Source: Methanotrichaceae archaeon (GTDB taxonomy: Archaea > Halobacteriota > Methanosarcinia > Methanotrichales > Methanotrichaceae). Taken from it: a stretch of DNA of 64,000 nt. The stretch lies in the NCBI GenBank assembly GCA_963748825.1, contig CAVVKN010000009.1, positions 1 through 64,000 of the forward strand, read 5' to 3'. Below are positions 39,560 through 50,397 of the stretch, one piece after another. Numbering within the stretch: the stretch's first letter is position 1; each line of letters opens with the position of its first letter. Made by a program: the position numbers and the translations under genes. Below the pieces are notes generated by a model. That model was not told where the DNA came from. It ran no database searches and was given only the letters and a program-made list of their open reading frames with translations.

Positions 39560-39814
39560 TTACTCTTCGCTGGATGGCATATCGACAACCATCCAGTGCT
39601 TTCCACGGGTTGGAGCCTTCCTTAATGCCTCCTCAATCTCCGCATTTGCCAGTCCATCCAGCCAATCGTTAAGTTTCTTGCCAGGATTATGTTCAGTCCA
39701 GTATGATTGAAGCTTGATGTGCAGGTCGCACATGTGATTGAGGCTTATGCCACGTTGGCAGATAGGGCCGCGGCACTGTCCATGGCCCTTGAGGTCGCAC
39801 TCTGGGGATTTCAT
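39560..39814 (-). CDS. Small Cys/His-rich hypothetical protein
   Basis: AAGGAG SD; C-x7-C-x4-C-x9-C with interspersed His. Confidence 0.65.
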   Translation of the reverse strand: MKSPECDLKGHGQCRGPICQRGISLNHMCDLHIKLQSYWTEHNPGKKLNDWLDGLANAEIEEALRKAPTRGKHWMVVDMPSSEE

Positions 39815-39913
39815 TTCAATCTCCTTAAATGTTATCGCGAGCTTATCTAGCTTATCCCGGATTTAGACATTTTTAAAAGAAAAGGGAATTGGCAGAAAGC
39901 CCTAACCGAAACC

Positions 39914-40888
39914 TCAACAAGCTGCATCTAAGCTCTGCAGATTGAAGGACTCAGCCAATACGTCCAGGTTGACCTTGCCGCTTACAAAAGTGCGCCTCGA
40001 CTTAATCTCGTTCATGACTACTTTGGCCGGGGCAAAGACATTGTGATCCACCTTGAAGAAGTCAAAGCCTGCCGCCTTGAAGGTCTTGTAGAAGGGTGCC
40101 CCCCAATCTCGTGAGGCCTGAGACGGCATGCCTTTCAGATATTGCTGTAGCTCTTCCAGGTTCTCGTATTCCAGTGTGTAGTAAGTCTCCCCACCGTAAA
40201 TTATGGCGTCGTTAGAGGAGCCCATACACATGGTAGCGTCACCGGTTATGGGCGAGATGGGCGCCCGGCCCCAGCCGCACTTGATGGTGTTTATGTCAAA
40301 GCCCATGGTAAAGAGCTTATGCAGACCTGTCTCGACTACACGCGCCGAGACCTGCACCAGCCCGGCAATGCTGTCCGTGGGCGCAATGGCAATTCTCAGG
40401 TCAGCTGGATCGATGCCGCACTTTTCGGCAATGAGGGCGGAGACTGTTTCGTCCGGCAGCTTGTTTGACTCCAGGACAATGACTGCCACATCTGAGGACT
40501 CCTCGAAGCCGATCTTCTCGTAGAGGTCGCGGGTCTTTCTGGCCAGCACGCGCGCTGGACCGCTTCCCATGGCGAAGTACTTGTTAGCCTTGATCTGCCA
40601 CATGGCGCACTGAGAGGCCATGCAGGATACGACGGGATGGTCTGTCGCCACCTGAATGCCCGGCAATAAAACGCCTTTGATATCGAAGGGCGTAAGCTGA
40701 ATTTCCGCCAGGTCTGCCATACAGAGGCGAGAGAGGTAGACGCCTGCACCGTAGCCACCATGGGCCTTCACGCCTGCATCGGCCACAACAGTACCATTAT
40801 CAAGTTCTTGGACCTCGATTTGCAACTCGTCTGCATAATCGAGCATCTCCTCGAAGACCTCGAATCCCATTTCATTGATTCCCATCAA
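39914..40888 (-). CDS. mch: Methenyltetrahydromethanopterin cyclohydrolase
   Basis: CMASQ, AMGSGPARVL, QVSARVVETG, NDAIIYGG, FDFFKVD...FAPA. Confidence 0.95.
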   Translation of the reverse strand: MMGINEMGFEVFEEMLDYADELQIEVQELDNGTVVADAGVKAHGGYGAGVYLSRLCMADLAEIQLTPFDIKGVLLPGIQVATDHPVVSCMASQCAMWQIKANKYFAMGSGPARVLARKTRDLYEKIGFEESSDVAVIVLESNKLPDETVSALIAEKCGIDPADLRIAIAPTDSIAGLVQVSARVVETGLHKLFTMGFDINTIKCGWGRAPISPITGDATMCMGSSNDAIIYGGETYYTLEYENLEELQQYLKGMPSQASRDWGAPFYKTFKAAGFDFFKVDHNVFAPAKVVMNEIKSRRTFVSGKVNLDVLAESFNLQSLDAAC

Positions 40889-40974
40889 GCCGGATCACCT
40901 TTCCTCATCAAGAATGCAATCGTCCATAAAAGTCTATCGATTTGATCGAGAACGGCCTCGATCAGCATCTCGAT

Positions 40975-41259
40975 TCAGCGTCCTGAACAGCAGCCATTTC
41001 CCGTGGATGGGGCCTTCACAGGACAAGACCCCAGTGCGGAGCAATTCTCTTCAGTGGAGTTATTTTGAGCGCAGACTGCACCATTGGGGCAGGTGCAGTT
41101 TCCGCTGCCATTCACGCTACAGTTTCCGGTGCAGTTTCCGTTTACCTGGCAAGTGCTGTTATCTCCGGCAAAAGGGCAGGAAATGCCGGCGGAGTTCAAG
41201 ACCAGAGCCATTCCTGCCATGAGCAGGACCAGTGCAACTATTGGAAATTTGTTCATCAT
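40975..41259 (-). CDS. Small secreted Cys/Asn-rich protein
   Basis: Signal-peptide-like N-terminus; 11 Cys; GAGG SD. Confidence 0.7.
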   Translation of the reverse strand: MMNKFPIVALVLLMAGMALVLNSAGISCPFAGDNSTCQVNGNCTGNCSVNGSGNCTCPNGAVCAQNNSTEENCSALGSCPVKAPSTGNGCCSGR

Positions 41260-41407
41260 TTATCCTCTACTTTTGTCTCAACCCTTACCCTACGAAACAT
41301 ACAGACTCCGCTTTTTCTATTTATATTTCATTGTCCAACCATCACAAACAATCAGACTCAATTATTTATATAGGAGGGTCAATTTGTATGACATTCGAGG
41401 TGGAAAA

Positions 41408-43348
41408 GTGATTAAATCGGCAGAAGGATTTTTAATAACGGCCATGTTCATTGCAATTATGCTTTTAATTAGTGGTTCAAGCCTAGCCGCATCTCCTGAA
41501 AAGGGGATGGACGGACTGAATCGAAGTGAGATTACCACTTCCTGGGATTTGTCAAACCTATTTAAAGATAAAGAGACGGCAACCGCAGAATTCGAAGGGC
41601 AGCAAAAAATGTCTCAGGAGATAAATGCGACATTTCGCCCCCTGTTCAAAAACCTCACAGGAAAGGTTTTGCTGGAATATGTCGAGGCGAATAAGAACTT
41701 CAGCAGGAATTTAAGCGTCGTTATGGCATATGCTTATGCCCAAAATAGCCTGAATGTCAACGACAAATTCTTCGAGAAATTCGTCTCCGACGTACAGAAT
41801 TTATACACGGAGCATGCCAAGGCCACATCCTTCGCCGAAATATTGCTCAAGTCTCTCTCTCCAGCCGAATGGGACAGGCTATTTTCAGAGCAGCCGGGCC
41901 TGGAAAAGTACAGAGCATACCTGGAGAACAGCTACCAGCGCTACAGAGATCACCGGCCCAGAAATGAGACGCATGCCGCCTATCTGGCTGACATCTCCAA
42001 CCAGCTTATGAAGATCAATACCGAAGCGGAAAAGACGGTAACCAATAATGTTACAGTTGCTGGAAATATCACTTTAGAGGACGGAAGAGAGCTGGCCATA
42101 AATTCTCAAACCTACTCGGAACTACTCTCTACGGACAGCAACCGAAACAACCGAAAAATGGGGTACGACAAACGATTCTACCATCTCATCAACGAATCGG
42201 ATAAAATGTGCGAGATCTACGGCAATAAATCAAGACTAGACGACCTGCTCGCCCGAGAGCTGAATTACTCCGACTCTTACGACGCCAAGATGTTCGAGAC
42301 CTATCTCACCAAAGAGCAGGTAGAGACGATGAACCAGGTCTTCAAGGAGCGCAAGGGAGACTTTGATGGTTATTACGAGTTTCGAAAGACAAGGATGAAT
42401 CTGTCGCCCCTTAAGCCTTATGACCTGGCGCTTCAATTGCTGGAAAATCCCGACAAGAAATACGGCTACGAGGAGACGCTGGCTAACATATCTGCCTCTT
42501 ATGCGGCAATGGATCCGGCCTTCCAGGACATATTTGTAAGGACAACAACCAGCGGCTCAATGGATGTTTACCCCAACCCCGAAGGCGGAAAGCAGCCGGG
42601 AGGCTACTGCCAGGATATGTGTGCATTGCAGCGTCCTGCTTTGATATTCATGAACTACAAAGGTTTGATGCAAGACCAGAAGACCCTTACTCATGAGATG
42701 GGTCATGCCATCAACTTCTACCTGATGGGCAATAATGTGGATTACCTTTATTGTGCCGGCACCGAGTACGAGATGGAGATCCCCTCAACCTTCAATGAGG
42801 AGCTCTTTGTGGACTATGCCCTGAAAAACTACGACCAGGATACGGCCCTGGCAATTCTAGCCGAAACCCTCAGTGATTATGAGAACTACTTCACCTTCCA
42901 GCCCATGATCACCGAGTTTGAGAACAAGGCACACGAGCTTTGCCGCCAAAAAGCAAATGTGAGCGGCAGCGACCTTAACCTGCTCTGGACCAACTTATCC
43001 AAGGATTACCGAAGCGGTTTGGTAGATTATTATCCTGAGGACAGTGCCCAGTGGACCTACATCAGCCACATCTACCTCACCAACAACTACTACACCTTCA
43101 GCTATGCCCTGTCTAAAGCCGTGACTCTATCTTTATTCAAGATGTATAAGGAAGATCAGGAAAAGTTTAATGAAAATTACATGGCCTATCTCTCCGCCGG
43201 AAGCACCATGACCCCGCCGGAGAAGCTAAAGAAATTCTTCGGCATTGAGATCGATCGCAAGCTATTCGAGGATGCCATGGATGTTGTACAGATGAGGGTG
43301 CTCCAGTTGCAGGAGCTGGAAGGGAAGAGATCAGCAGGTTCCGCCTGA
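41408..43348 (+). CDS. Secreted M3B oligoendopeptidase F-like metallopeptidase
   Basis: Signal peptide after GTG 41408, WDLSNLF, GKQPGGYC, TLTHEMGH, EIPSTFNE, WTYISH...YYTFSY. Confidence 0.9.
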   Translation: MIKSAEGFLITAMFIAIMLLISGSSLAASPEKGMDGLNRSEITTSWDLSNLFKDKETATAEFEGQQKMSQEINATFRPLFKNLTGKVLLEYVEANKNFSRNLSVVMAYAYAQNSLNVNDKFFEKFVSDVQNLYTEHAKATSFAEILLKSLSPAEWDRLFSEQPGLEKYRAYLENSYQRYRDHRPRNETHAAYLADISNQLMKINTEAEKTVTNNVTVAGNITLEDGRELAINSQTYSELLSTDSNRNNRKMGYDKRFYHLINESDKMCEIYGNKSRLDDLLARELNYSDSYDAKMFETYLTKEQVETMNQVFKERKGDFDGYYEFRKTRMNLSPLKPYDLALQLLENPDKKYGYEETLANISASYAAMDPAFQDIFVRTTTSGSMDVYPNPEGGKQPGGYCQDMCALQRPALIFMNYKGLMQDQKTLTHEMGHAINFYLMGNNVDYLYCAGTEYEMEIPSTFNEELFVDYALKNYDQDTALAILAETLSDYENYFTFQPMITEFENKAHELCRQKANVSGSDLNLLWTNLSKDYRSGLVDYYPEDSAQWTYISHIYLTNNYYTFSYALSKAVTLSLFKMYKEDQEKFNENYMAYLSAGSTMTPPEKLKKFFGIEIDRKLFEDAMDVVQMRVLQLQELEGKRSAGSA

Positions 43349-44000
43349 ATTCAGGCGAATCTAAATTTCGTTCTTTGTCACTATTTTTACATTTACAAAT
43401 TCATAATATCCAAAAAAAAAGTTGCAGGAGCTGATATGCTCCAGGAACTACTATACGATCACTTTACTAAAAGGTCAGTCTCTTCACAACTACTACAGCA
43501 AGCCCCGGAGCGGCCATCAGCAGATATAGCAAGGCCGTGGCCAGTGCAATTTTTATTTTCAGGTTCATGGAATCTCGCCTCCACCACATATCCTGTATTT
43601 GCCAAACGCCTGCAAGGGTATCTGTTAGGTATAAAAAGCTACAATTCATCATTAGACTAACCGACTTAACGATAGCATAAGTGGGATGTATACTCGCGTC
43701 GCAATTGCATCTATTACAGAAAATCCATTGCGTCAAGGAATAAATTTTTTATTCTTCCTTTGTACCACCTCTCCAAAATATTGGAGCGTCCCATCTAATA
43801 TACTTAATGGTGATAGAACTTTTTTTTGGGACTTCACACTTGAATATTCATAGGATTACTGCTAAATGAATGGCAGGAGAATACATACGATTCAATATGC
43901 TCGAAATTAACTTCCTGGCCGTCCTCCATGCGCTTTGTGGTAGCAAACCGTAACCCTTGGGATCTTATCTAATCAATGACAACTACTATCCAACCAAAGA

Positions 44001-44029
44001 GCCACAGAGTTTACAGAGTACGCAAAGAG
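44001..44029 (+). repeat. Degenerate isolated copy of the ACAGAG repeat seen at 14.1-14.4 kb
   Basis: gccacagagtttacagagtacgcaaagag. Confidence 0.6.
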
Positions 44030-44125
44030 TATCTCGGATCTTGATTGCGAATTGTCTCGATTAAGTCGCTGCAAATAACGAAAAGCCAAGGTTTATTTTC
44101 CCCCTGGCAAAATGAGCATACCATC

Positions 44126-44705
44126 ATGACCTCCACTGCCCCAATCAATAATGAAGAAGTCTACCAGCCAGCCGAGGATACCTATCTCCTCCTAAGAGCC
44201 GCACAATCCGAGGCCAGGCCAGAAGACCCAGGCCCTGGAGATTGGCTGCGGCAGCGGCTTTATCTCTCAGGAGCTGGTGGCGAAGGTCACACGCCTCATA
44301 GCCACGGACATAAATCCCCATGCAGTCCGGGCGGCCAGAGCCAGGGGAATCGAGGTCATAAGAGCTGATCTATTCAGGGGAATCAAAGGAAAGTTCGACC
44401 TGATACTCTTCAACGCACCATATCTGCCCACCGAGCCAAAAGAGAGAACCGGTCAATGGATAGACTACGCCCTGGACGGGGGCGAGAGCGGCCGGCAGAC
44501 GGTGGATCGATTTATCGAGGGTCTGGCCGAGCATCTGCGGCCCGGCGGTAGAGCACTGCTGCTCATATCCAGCCTGACCGGGCTCACAGAAGTACAGGAG
44601 ACGGCGAAGGCTGCCGGGTTTACGGTAGAGGTTGTGGCCGACGAGGGATGCTTTTTCGAGCGGCTTCACGTTCTCCGGCTGGGAACCATAGGTTCTTCAT
44701 TCTGA
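44126..44705 (+). CDS. HemK2/MTQ2-family protein methyltransferase (one apparent +1 error near 44227)
   Basis: VYQPAEDTYLL then LEIGCGSG, FNAPYLP, ALDGG in the next frame. Confidence 0.88.
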
Positions 44706-45649
44706 TCAGGATCCGGAGCAACATAGCGCGGCATGGCATCAAGCAGACAGACTAGCTGATCCAGCACCTCATTTACGCCCTGACCGGTCTCGGTGGACAT
44801 GTTCAGCATATCTTTGTCTTCTCCAAATCTCAATATGTCTGCCTTATTGGCCACAACCAGAACGGGCAGCGTTAGCCAGTTCTTGAGATCCTCGGCCAGA
44901 GACAGCTGCGAATCGATAAGATAGCCGCAGTGCTCACTGGGGTCCAGGATAAAGAGAACGACTCCCTGCAGATGGCTCAAGGCGGCTACCGTCTGCCGCT
45001 CAATCTCATTTCTCTCTTCCATCGGTCGGTCAAGCAGTCCCGGCGTATCCACGACCTGATACTTTTGATCTCCCCGCATGAAGTGGCCTACAAAGATTCC
45101 CCGCGTGGTGAATGGATACATGGCGATCTCGGGCCGGGCTCCAGTGACTCGCACAATGAAGCTTGACTTGCCCACATTGGGGTAGCCGGCGATGAGAATG
45201 GTCGGCACCGCCGGGTCTATGGTCGGCATCTTGCGCAGCAGGTTGCGAGCTTCATTCAAGAATAGCAGATCCTTCTCAATGGACCTCATGACCGAAGAGT
45301 AGCGCCCAAAGGCTGACTTTCGGGCAGGACTGGTGTCCAGACCTCGAGACCTTCTAATATTGCCTACATACTCTTTTGAGATCAGTCTTATCTGTCGGGA
45401 AGCCCAACCCAGGCGAGACAGGCTGATGCGGATGCGATCCACGCCTGCGATTATGTCTGCCATCTCTCTGTAGAAAGGCGGCAGATTCTCAAATGAGGGG
45501 AATTTCTTGATCAGGTTGCTGAGATTGTCGGAGAGAATGTTGCCGGCGTTTTGCACCATGGACTCGTCATCTGTGGCGCGAGAGGCACGCCTAAAGGACT
45601 TATTTAAAAGCTCTTCTGATGTGGGTACGGTTGGAAGCTGTTCGAACAT
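44666..45649 (-). CDS. NOG1-family GTPase
   Basis: GYPNVGKSS, YPFTT, DTPGLLDRP, NKAD. Confidence 0.93.
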   Translation of the reverse strand: MFEQLPTVPTSEELLNKSFRRASRATDDESMVQNAGNILSDNLSNLIKKFPSFENLPPFYREMADIIAGVDRIRISLSRLGWASRQIRLISKEYVGNIRRSRGLDTSPARKSAFGRYSSVMRSIEKDLLFLNEARNLLRKMPTIDPAVPTILIAGYPNVGKSSFIVRVTGARPEIAMYPFTTRGIFVGHFMRGDQKYQVVDTPGLLDRPMEERNEIERQTVAALSHLQGVVLFILDPSEHCGYLIDSQLSLAEDLKNWLTLPVLVVANKADILRFGEDKDMLNMSTETGQGVNEVLDQLVCLLDAMPRYVAPDPDQNEEPMVPSRRT

Positions 45650-45775
45650 TACATAATAGGTTGCCGGCATGGGATGATAAACCTTTAGGCACCTCCCCCC
45701 CTGCGAGGGACATTTATAAATGGTTTTCGGAAGGCTTAAATATCAGTTCTGCATCTATATAGATGAGGTGGCCTC

Positions 45776-46060
45776 TTGAAGAGATTAGGCACCGCTCTTC
45801 ATGTTGTACAGAATAAATTGATTCTCCAAAGCGAGCAGATTGTTGGAAGCGAGACCAATATCCCCAGAACTAATTCCTGGGTTGTAGATCAGAAGAGGAC
45901 CAGAGTCGGAAAGGTTTTCGATATATTCGGCCCCATTAATCATCCGTACATCATCGTTCGACCAAATAGAGGTGTAGATGCCGCTGCCCACGTCGGAAAG
46001 AAGCTCTATATCGACGAGGCGCCGGGGAGAGATAGCAAGTGGAAGAGATTGAGAAGCTGA
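45776..46060 (+). CDS. gar1: H/ACA RNP protein Gar1
   Basis: MKRLG...[15 protein letters not shown]; conserved gar1-tfb pair. Confidence 0.88.
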   Translation: MKRLGTALHVVQNKLILQSEQIVGSETNIPRTNSWVVDQKRTRVGKVFDIFGPINHPYIIVRPNRGVDAAAHVGKKLYIDEAPGRDSKWKRLRS

Positions 46061-47052
46061 GAGAGATAGAGAGGGTAGAGCCGGAAAAGCTCAAGGAAAG
46101 GACCCGGCTCAAGCGCGAGAAAGAGAAGGTAGACGAGTTCGAGAAGTTCACGGTAGAGTGTCCGGAGTGCAAGAGCCACACCCTCGTGCGCGACTATGAG
46201 CGCGCAGAGCTGGTCTGCTCTGATTGCGGTCTGGTAATCGACGAGAATTTCATCGACCAGGGGCCGGAGTGGAGAGCCTTCGACCACGACCAGCGCATGA
46301 AGAGGTCCAGAGTAGGAGCGCCCATGACCTACACCATCCACGACAAGGGCCTCTCCACCATGATCGACTGGAGGAACAGAGACTCCTACGGCAAGACCAT
46401 CTCCTCCAAAAACCGTGCCCAACTGTACCGGCTGAGAAAGTGGCAACGCCGCATCAGGGTTAGCAATGCCACAGAGAGAAACCTGGCCTTCGCGCTCTCT
46501 GAATTGGATAGGATGGCGTCTGCCCTGGGTCTTTCCAGAAACGTGCGAGAGACGGCGGCCGTTGTCTACAGAAAAGCCGTGGACAAGAACCTCATCCGCG
46601 GGCGGAGCATCGAGGGCGTGGCCGCAGCAGCGCTCTATGCCGCTTGCCGGCAGTGCAACGTGCCCCGCACACTGGACGAGATTGCTGAGGTTTCCAGGGT
46701 CTCTCGAAAGGAGATCGGCAGGACCTACAGATTTGTCTCCCGCGAGCTGGCACTCAAGCTCATGCCGACAAGCCCCATTGACTACATACCCCGCTTCTGC
46801 TCCGGTCTGAATCTGAAGGGCGAGGTACAGGCCAAGGGAATCGAGATCCTGCGCCAGGCAGCAGAGAAGGAGCTCACCAGCGGGCGCGGGCCCACGGGCG
46901 TGGCCGCAGCCGCAATCTACATCGCCTCCATCCTCTGCGGAGACCGAAGGACGCAGCGCGAGGTAGCTGATGTGGCAGGTGTGACTGAGGTTACTATCAG
47001 GAACCGCTACAAAGAGCTGGCAGAAGAGCTGGACATTGAGATAATCCTTTGA
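46039..47052 (+). CDS. tfb: Transcription initiation factor IIB (TFB)
   Basis: CPEC...CSDCG zinc ribbon, GPEWRAF, two cyclin repeats, [13 protein letters not shown]. Confidence 0.97.
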   Translation: MEEIEKLREIERVEPEKLKERTRLKREKEKVDEFEKFTVECPECKSHTLVRDYERAELVCSDCGLVIDENFIDQGPEWRAFDHDQRMKRSRVGAPMTYTIHDKGLSTMIDWRNRDSYGKTISSKNRAQLYRLRKWQRRIRVSNATERNLAFALSELDRMASALGLSRNVRETAAVVYRKAVDKNLIRGRSIEGVAAAALYAACRQCNVPRTLDEIAEVSRVSRKEIGRTYRFVSRELALKLMPTSPIDYIPRFCSGLNLKGEVQAKGIEILRQAAEKELTSGRGPTGVAAAAIYIASILCGDRRTQREVADVAGVTEVTIRNRYKELAEELDIEIIL

Positions 47053-47518
47053 TCCGTTCTTCTCATAATTTTATTTAGATAGCATTTTTCGAATTGAAAA
47101 AGTCACGAAGCGCTTGCCACCTTTATTTAGTATTTCAAAGGATGTAGGTAAACGCAGACTATGTGTCGACTGAAAGCAGGAAAGCAGGCCGATAAGCAAG
47201 AAGACGGAAGTATTCTCGGGTCCAGGAAGAGAGCAGCAGGATGGAGAGCTGAGTCTTGTCGCCCATCTCGGCCAGCCCGACGGCCAGCAGTGGAATTATG
47301 ATCTCATCAAGCGCGATTTCAAACACCTTTTACCCGGAGAATTCAGGACTTTATGGTCCAGCTCTTGGCTTTAATAATTTTTGTGTCGCCTCACCGGTCC
47401 GCTAAAATCTATCACGAATAATATATAAAATTGGCAATGGGTCTGATATTTTGTCTTTTTCGGAATGCAATCTATAAATACTATTATTAGCAATATGCTA
47501 AGGGTTAGGTGAAATTTT

Positions 47519-48451
47519 ATGTACGAAAAGATCTTGATAGCTACGGATTTCTCTAAACATGCAGAGAAATTAATTGAATGCGTTGGAGAAATACCCGGCG
47601 TAAAAGAGGTCGTTCTCCTGCATGTTTTACCCAAAGATCCTCTCGCCCGTGTCTGGTCTCCCGGCGATGATCTCAAGCAAGCGGAAAATCAAATGGAAGC
47701 CCCCAAAAAGGTCCTGCAAGACGCAAATCTAAGTGTCAAGGTGAGAGCGGAGATCGCAGAAGAGACTCCAGAACACGTGGTAATAGAGCGTGTAGCCAAG
47801 GAGGAAAATGTCTCGCTCGTTGTGATGGGAGCGAGGGGAAGAAGCATCTGGCAGGGCCTGCTCTTAGGCAGCATCTCCAGCGGCGTTCTTCGCTATGGCA
47901 ATAAGGATCTTCTCATCATGCGCTACAAGACCTTGGACGAGGAAAAGGAGGAAATGGGCAAATTCTGCTCGCGCATTTTCGAGAGAGTCTTGGCGCCCAC
48001 CGATTTCTCTCCTGCCGGAAATGCAGCCATCGAAAAAATAAAAGCGGCAAAACTTACAAATAATGTGCTGCTGCTGAGCGTGGTGGCTAAGGGCGAAAAT
48101 CAATCCCATGTGGAGGCCGCTTTAAAGGATGCGCACGAAAAGCTTGAGGTGATGAAGGCAGATCTGGCTGCAGCCGGAATTAGCGCCAGGGCACTCGCAG
48201 TATCCGCGACTGCCGAAGAGCAGAGAACTTATGGCTCAGGCGGCATGGTTAAGGTAGCATCCTCTCACATGGCAACAGTAGGTGGAGTTGTTGATAGGAT
48301 CCTTGCAGTAGCGGAAGTTGAGGACGCTTCCTTGATTGCGTTGGGCTCTCATGGCAAGGGCTGGCTGGATGAAGCCACTATTGGCAGCGTAGTATCTGAT
48401 GTGGCCAGGATGGGACAGCGGCCAGTGCTGGTTGTCAGATCCAAAAAATAG
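47519..48451 (+). CDS. Tandem-domain universal stress protein
   Basis: ILIATDFS / VLAPTDFS, VVMGARG...LLGS, LGSHGKG...IGSV. Confidence 0.93.
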   Translation: MYEKILIATDFSKHAEKLIECVGEIPGVKEVVLLHVLPKDPLARVWSPGDDLKQAENQMEAPKKVLQDANLSVKVRAEIAEETPEHVVIERVAKEENVSLVVMGARGRSIWQGLLLGSISSGVLRYGNKDLLIMRYKTLDEEKEEMGKFCSRIFERVLAPTDFSPAGNAAIEKIKAAKLTNNVLLLSVVAKGENQSHVEAALKDAHEKLEVMKADLAAAGISARALAVSATAEEQRTYGSGGMVKVASSHMATVGGVVDRILAVAEVEDASLIALGSHGKGWLDEATIGSVVSDVARMGQRPVLVVRSKK

Positions 48452-48488
48452 GCAGAAATCCACTTTTTTTTAAGATATGCCTTTTCGA

Positions 48489-50297
48489 TTATCTTCCCCA
48501 GAAGGGATCCTTCTTGCGCTTGATCTCCAGGAAATTCTCCAGCACCTCGCGCTCGTCCTCCGCCAGCTTTGGCTTCAGCTCCAGCTCCACAATGCGAGCA
48601 TGCTTCTCAGGAATATTGACGTAGAGGATATCGCCCTCATGGATCTGGCGGCCTACTGTAGGCCCGTCGATGGATATGGCCACTTCCTGCCCGACGGTCG
48701 CGGAGCCGACGTTTTCATTGCGAGCCTGGATGCCCCTAATCTCGCCCACATTGGCACCATCATCTCTCATCAAATTGACGTGGGTTCGGACCACACCACC
48801 TATGATCTGCACACCTACGATGGCCGGCCTGGACTGACGGAAGACGCAGTCCGGCAAAATACGGAAGGCACCGGGCCGGATAACCGCCTCAAGCCGCTCC
48901 TGCTCTATGCGCATCTTCTGCTCCTCCGTCCACTGCTCATAGTTCTCCAGAATGGTGTAGATGATATCGCTGCAAAATACAGGCACATTGGTCTTCTGAA
49001 TCTCGCTGATGGCATCAGGCAAGATTTCCACATTGAAAGCCAAAATCGCAGAGAGCAGGGGATCTTTGATGGCCGAAGCGCGGATCACATCCCTTCGGGA
49101 AATGGGCCCTACATCAGCATGATGGATGGCTATATTCTTGGCCTTCAGCTCGCCCACCAGCGCTTCCAGCGAGCCGATAGCATCTGCTTTTAGGATCACG
49201 CCCTCGCTCTCAGCATCTATACGCACCGCCTCGAGTTCCGATTTCAGCTCCAGGGAAAGGGCCTCCACCTCTTCTACACAGGTTACCACTCGAATACTTG
49301 ATCCTGCCAGAGCGTTCTCCAATTTGGGTGCCGCTATCTTCACACCAGATGCTGCCGCCACATGCTTTACCGGCAGAAATCGCTCCTCGCTTCGAATCTC
49401 CGTCAGAGGCTTGGGCTTGAGCAGGGCTCTTATCTTTGTGACGATAGGCTCATTGGCCGTGCCTACAATTACCGTATCACCCGAGTTGAATTCGCCGTTG
49501 TAGAGTATAACGTCTAAAGTCGTGCCCAGGCCCTTCTCCTCTTTTACCTCTAAGATCGTACCCACACCAGGACCGGTAGCAGTTAGCTTCAGATTATCCT
49601 TCAAAAATTTTTGCGCCAGCCCTACTAAAATCATGAGAATATCGGGCACTCCTTCACCGGTGATGGCACTGATGGGCACAATTCCAATCGTTTTGGTGAA
49701 GTCGGGGATTCGATCATACCTGTCCCCGTCAAATCCACGCTTATAGAGCTCTCCCACCAGCTCGTAGATCTTTGTATCCAGCACCTCGGTCACTCTAGCA
49801 TTTTGCGCCTTGATGCTCTTGGCAAAAGGAGCGTTGGCTACAGCATGCCAGCCGCCCAGGCGATCCATCTTGTTGGCAGCGACGACAAAGGGAGTCTTAA
49901 AACGCTTGAGAATGGCCAGCGACTCGATAGTCTGGGGCTGGAAGCCCTCATTTACGTCCACAATCAGCACAGCTAAATCAGCCAGAGAGCCGCCTCTGCT
50001 CCGCATAGAGGTGAAAGCATGATGCCCCGGCGTGTCGATGAACAGCAGCCCGGGAATCTGCATCTCTTTGCCGAAATGCGATCCACAAAACTCCTGAATC
50101 ACGCTTAGCGGAACCTCCGTGGCTCCAATGTGCTGGGTAATGAGTCCGGCTTCGCCTTTGGCAACAGCCGTTCCCCTGATCTTATCTAAAAGAGAGGTTT
50201 TGCCGTGGTCCACATGCCCCATCACCACTACAATGGGTGTTCTGAGGTTGGAATCATCGTCTTTCGCTTTACCGGCCTTTTTGGACTTCTGTTGCAT
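48489..50297 (-). CDS. infB: Translation initiation factor aIF5B (IF-2)
   Basis: GHVDHGKT, ITQHIGA, IDTPGH, NKMD. Confidence 0.97.
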   Translation of the reverse strand: MQQKSKKAGKAKDDDSNLRTPIVVVMGHVDHGKTSLLDKIRGTAVAKGEAGLITQHIGATEVPLSVIQEFCGSHFGKEMQIPGLLFIDTPGHHAFTSMRSRGGSLADLAVLIVDVNEGFQPQTIESLAILKRFKTPFVVAANKMDRLGGWHAVANAPFAKSIKAQNARVTEVLDTKIYELVGELYKRGFDGDRYDRIPDFTKTIGIVPISAITGEGVPDILMILVGLAQKFLKDNLKLTATGPGVGTILEVKEEKGLGTTLDVILYNGEFNSGDTVIVGTANEPIVTKIRALLKPKPLTEIRSEERFLPVKHVAAASGVKIAAPKLENALAGSSIRVVTCVEEVEALSLELKSELEAVRIDAESEGVILKADAIGSLEALVGELKAKNIAIHHADVGPISRRDVIRASAIKDPLLSAILAFNVEILPDAISEIQKTNVPVFCSDIIYTILENYEQWTEEQKMRIEQERLEAVIRPGAFRILPDCVFRQSRPAIVGVQIIGGVVRTHVNLMRDDGANVGEIRGIQARNENVGSATVGQEVAISIDGPTVGRQIHEGDILYVNIPEKHARIVELELKPKLAEDEREVLENFLEIKRKKDPFWGR

Positions 50298-50397
50298 ACT
50301 GGTCGCGCCCTGGAAGAAGTAAGTCTAAAAATTACATTTCATTTTAAGAATTTAAAGGCTCCGATGAGAGGAGGCAGAAATGCTTTCTGCCAGGGTC

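Noticed and set aside
41084-41407. Long N-terminal extension of the PepF ORF
   Set aside because: Overlaps the opposite-strand secreted peptide gene; SD and signal peptide fit GTG 41408
43467-43568. 33-aa signal-peptide-like ORF with GGAGG SD
   Set aside because: Stops right after the leader; likely a gene remnant with no supportable product
44220-44235. Recoding site in HemK2 (likewise 4685 and 53493)
   Set aside because: Single extra C in short homopolymers with no slippery motif; typical long-read error
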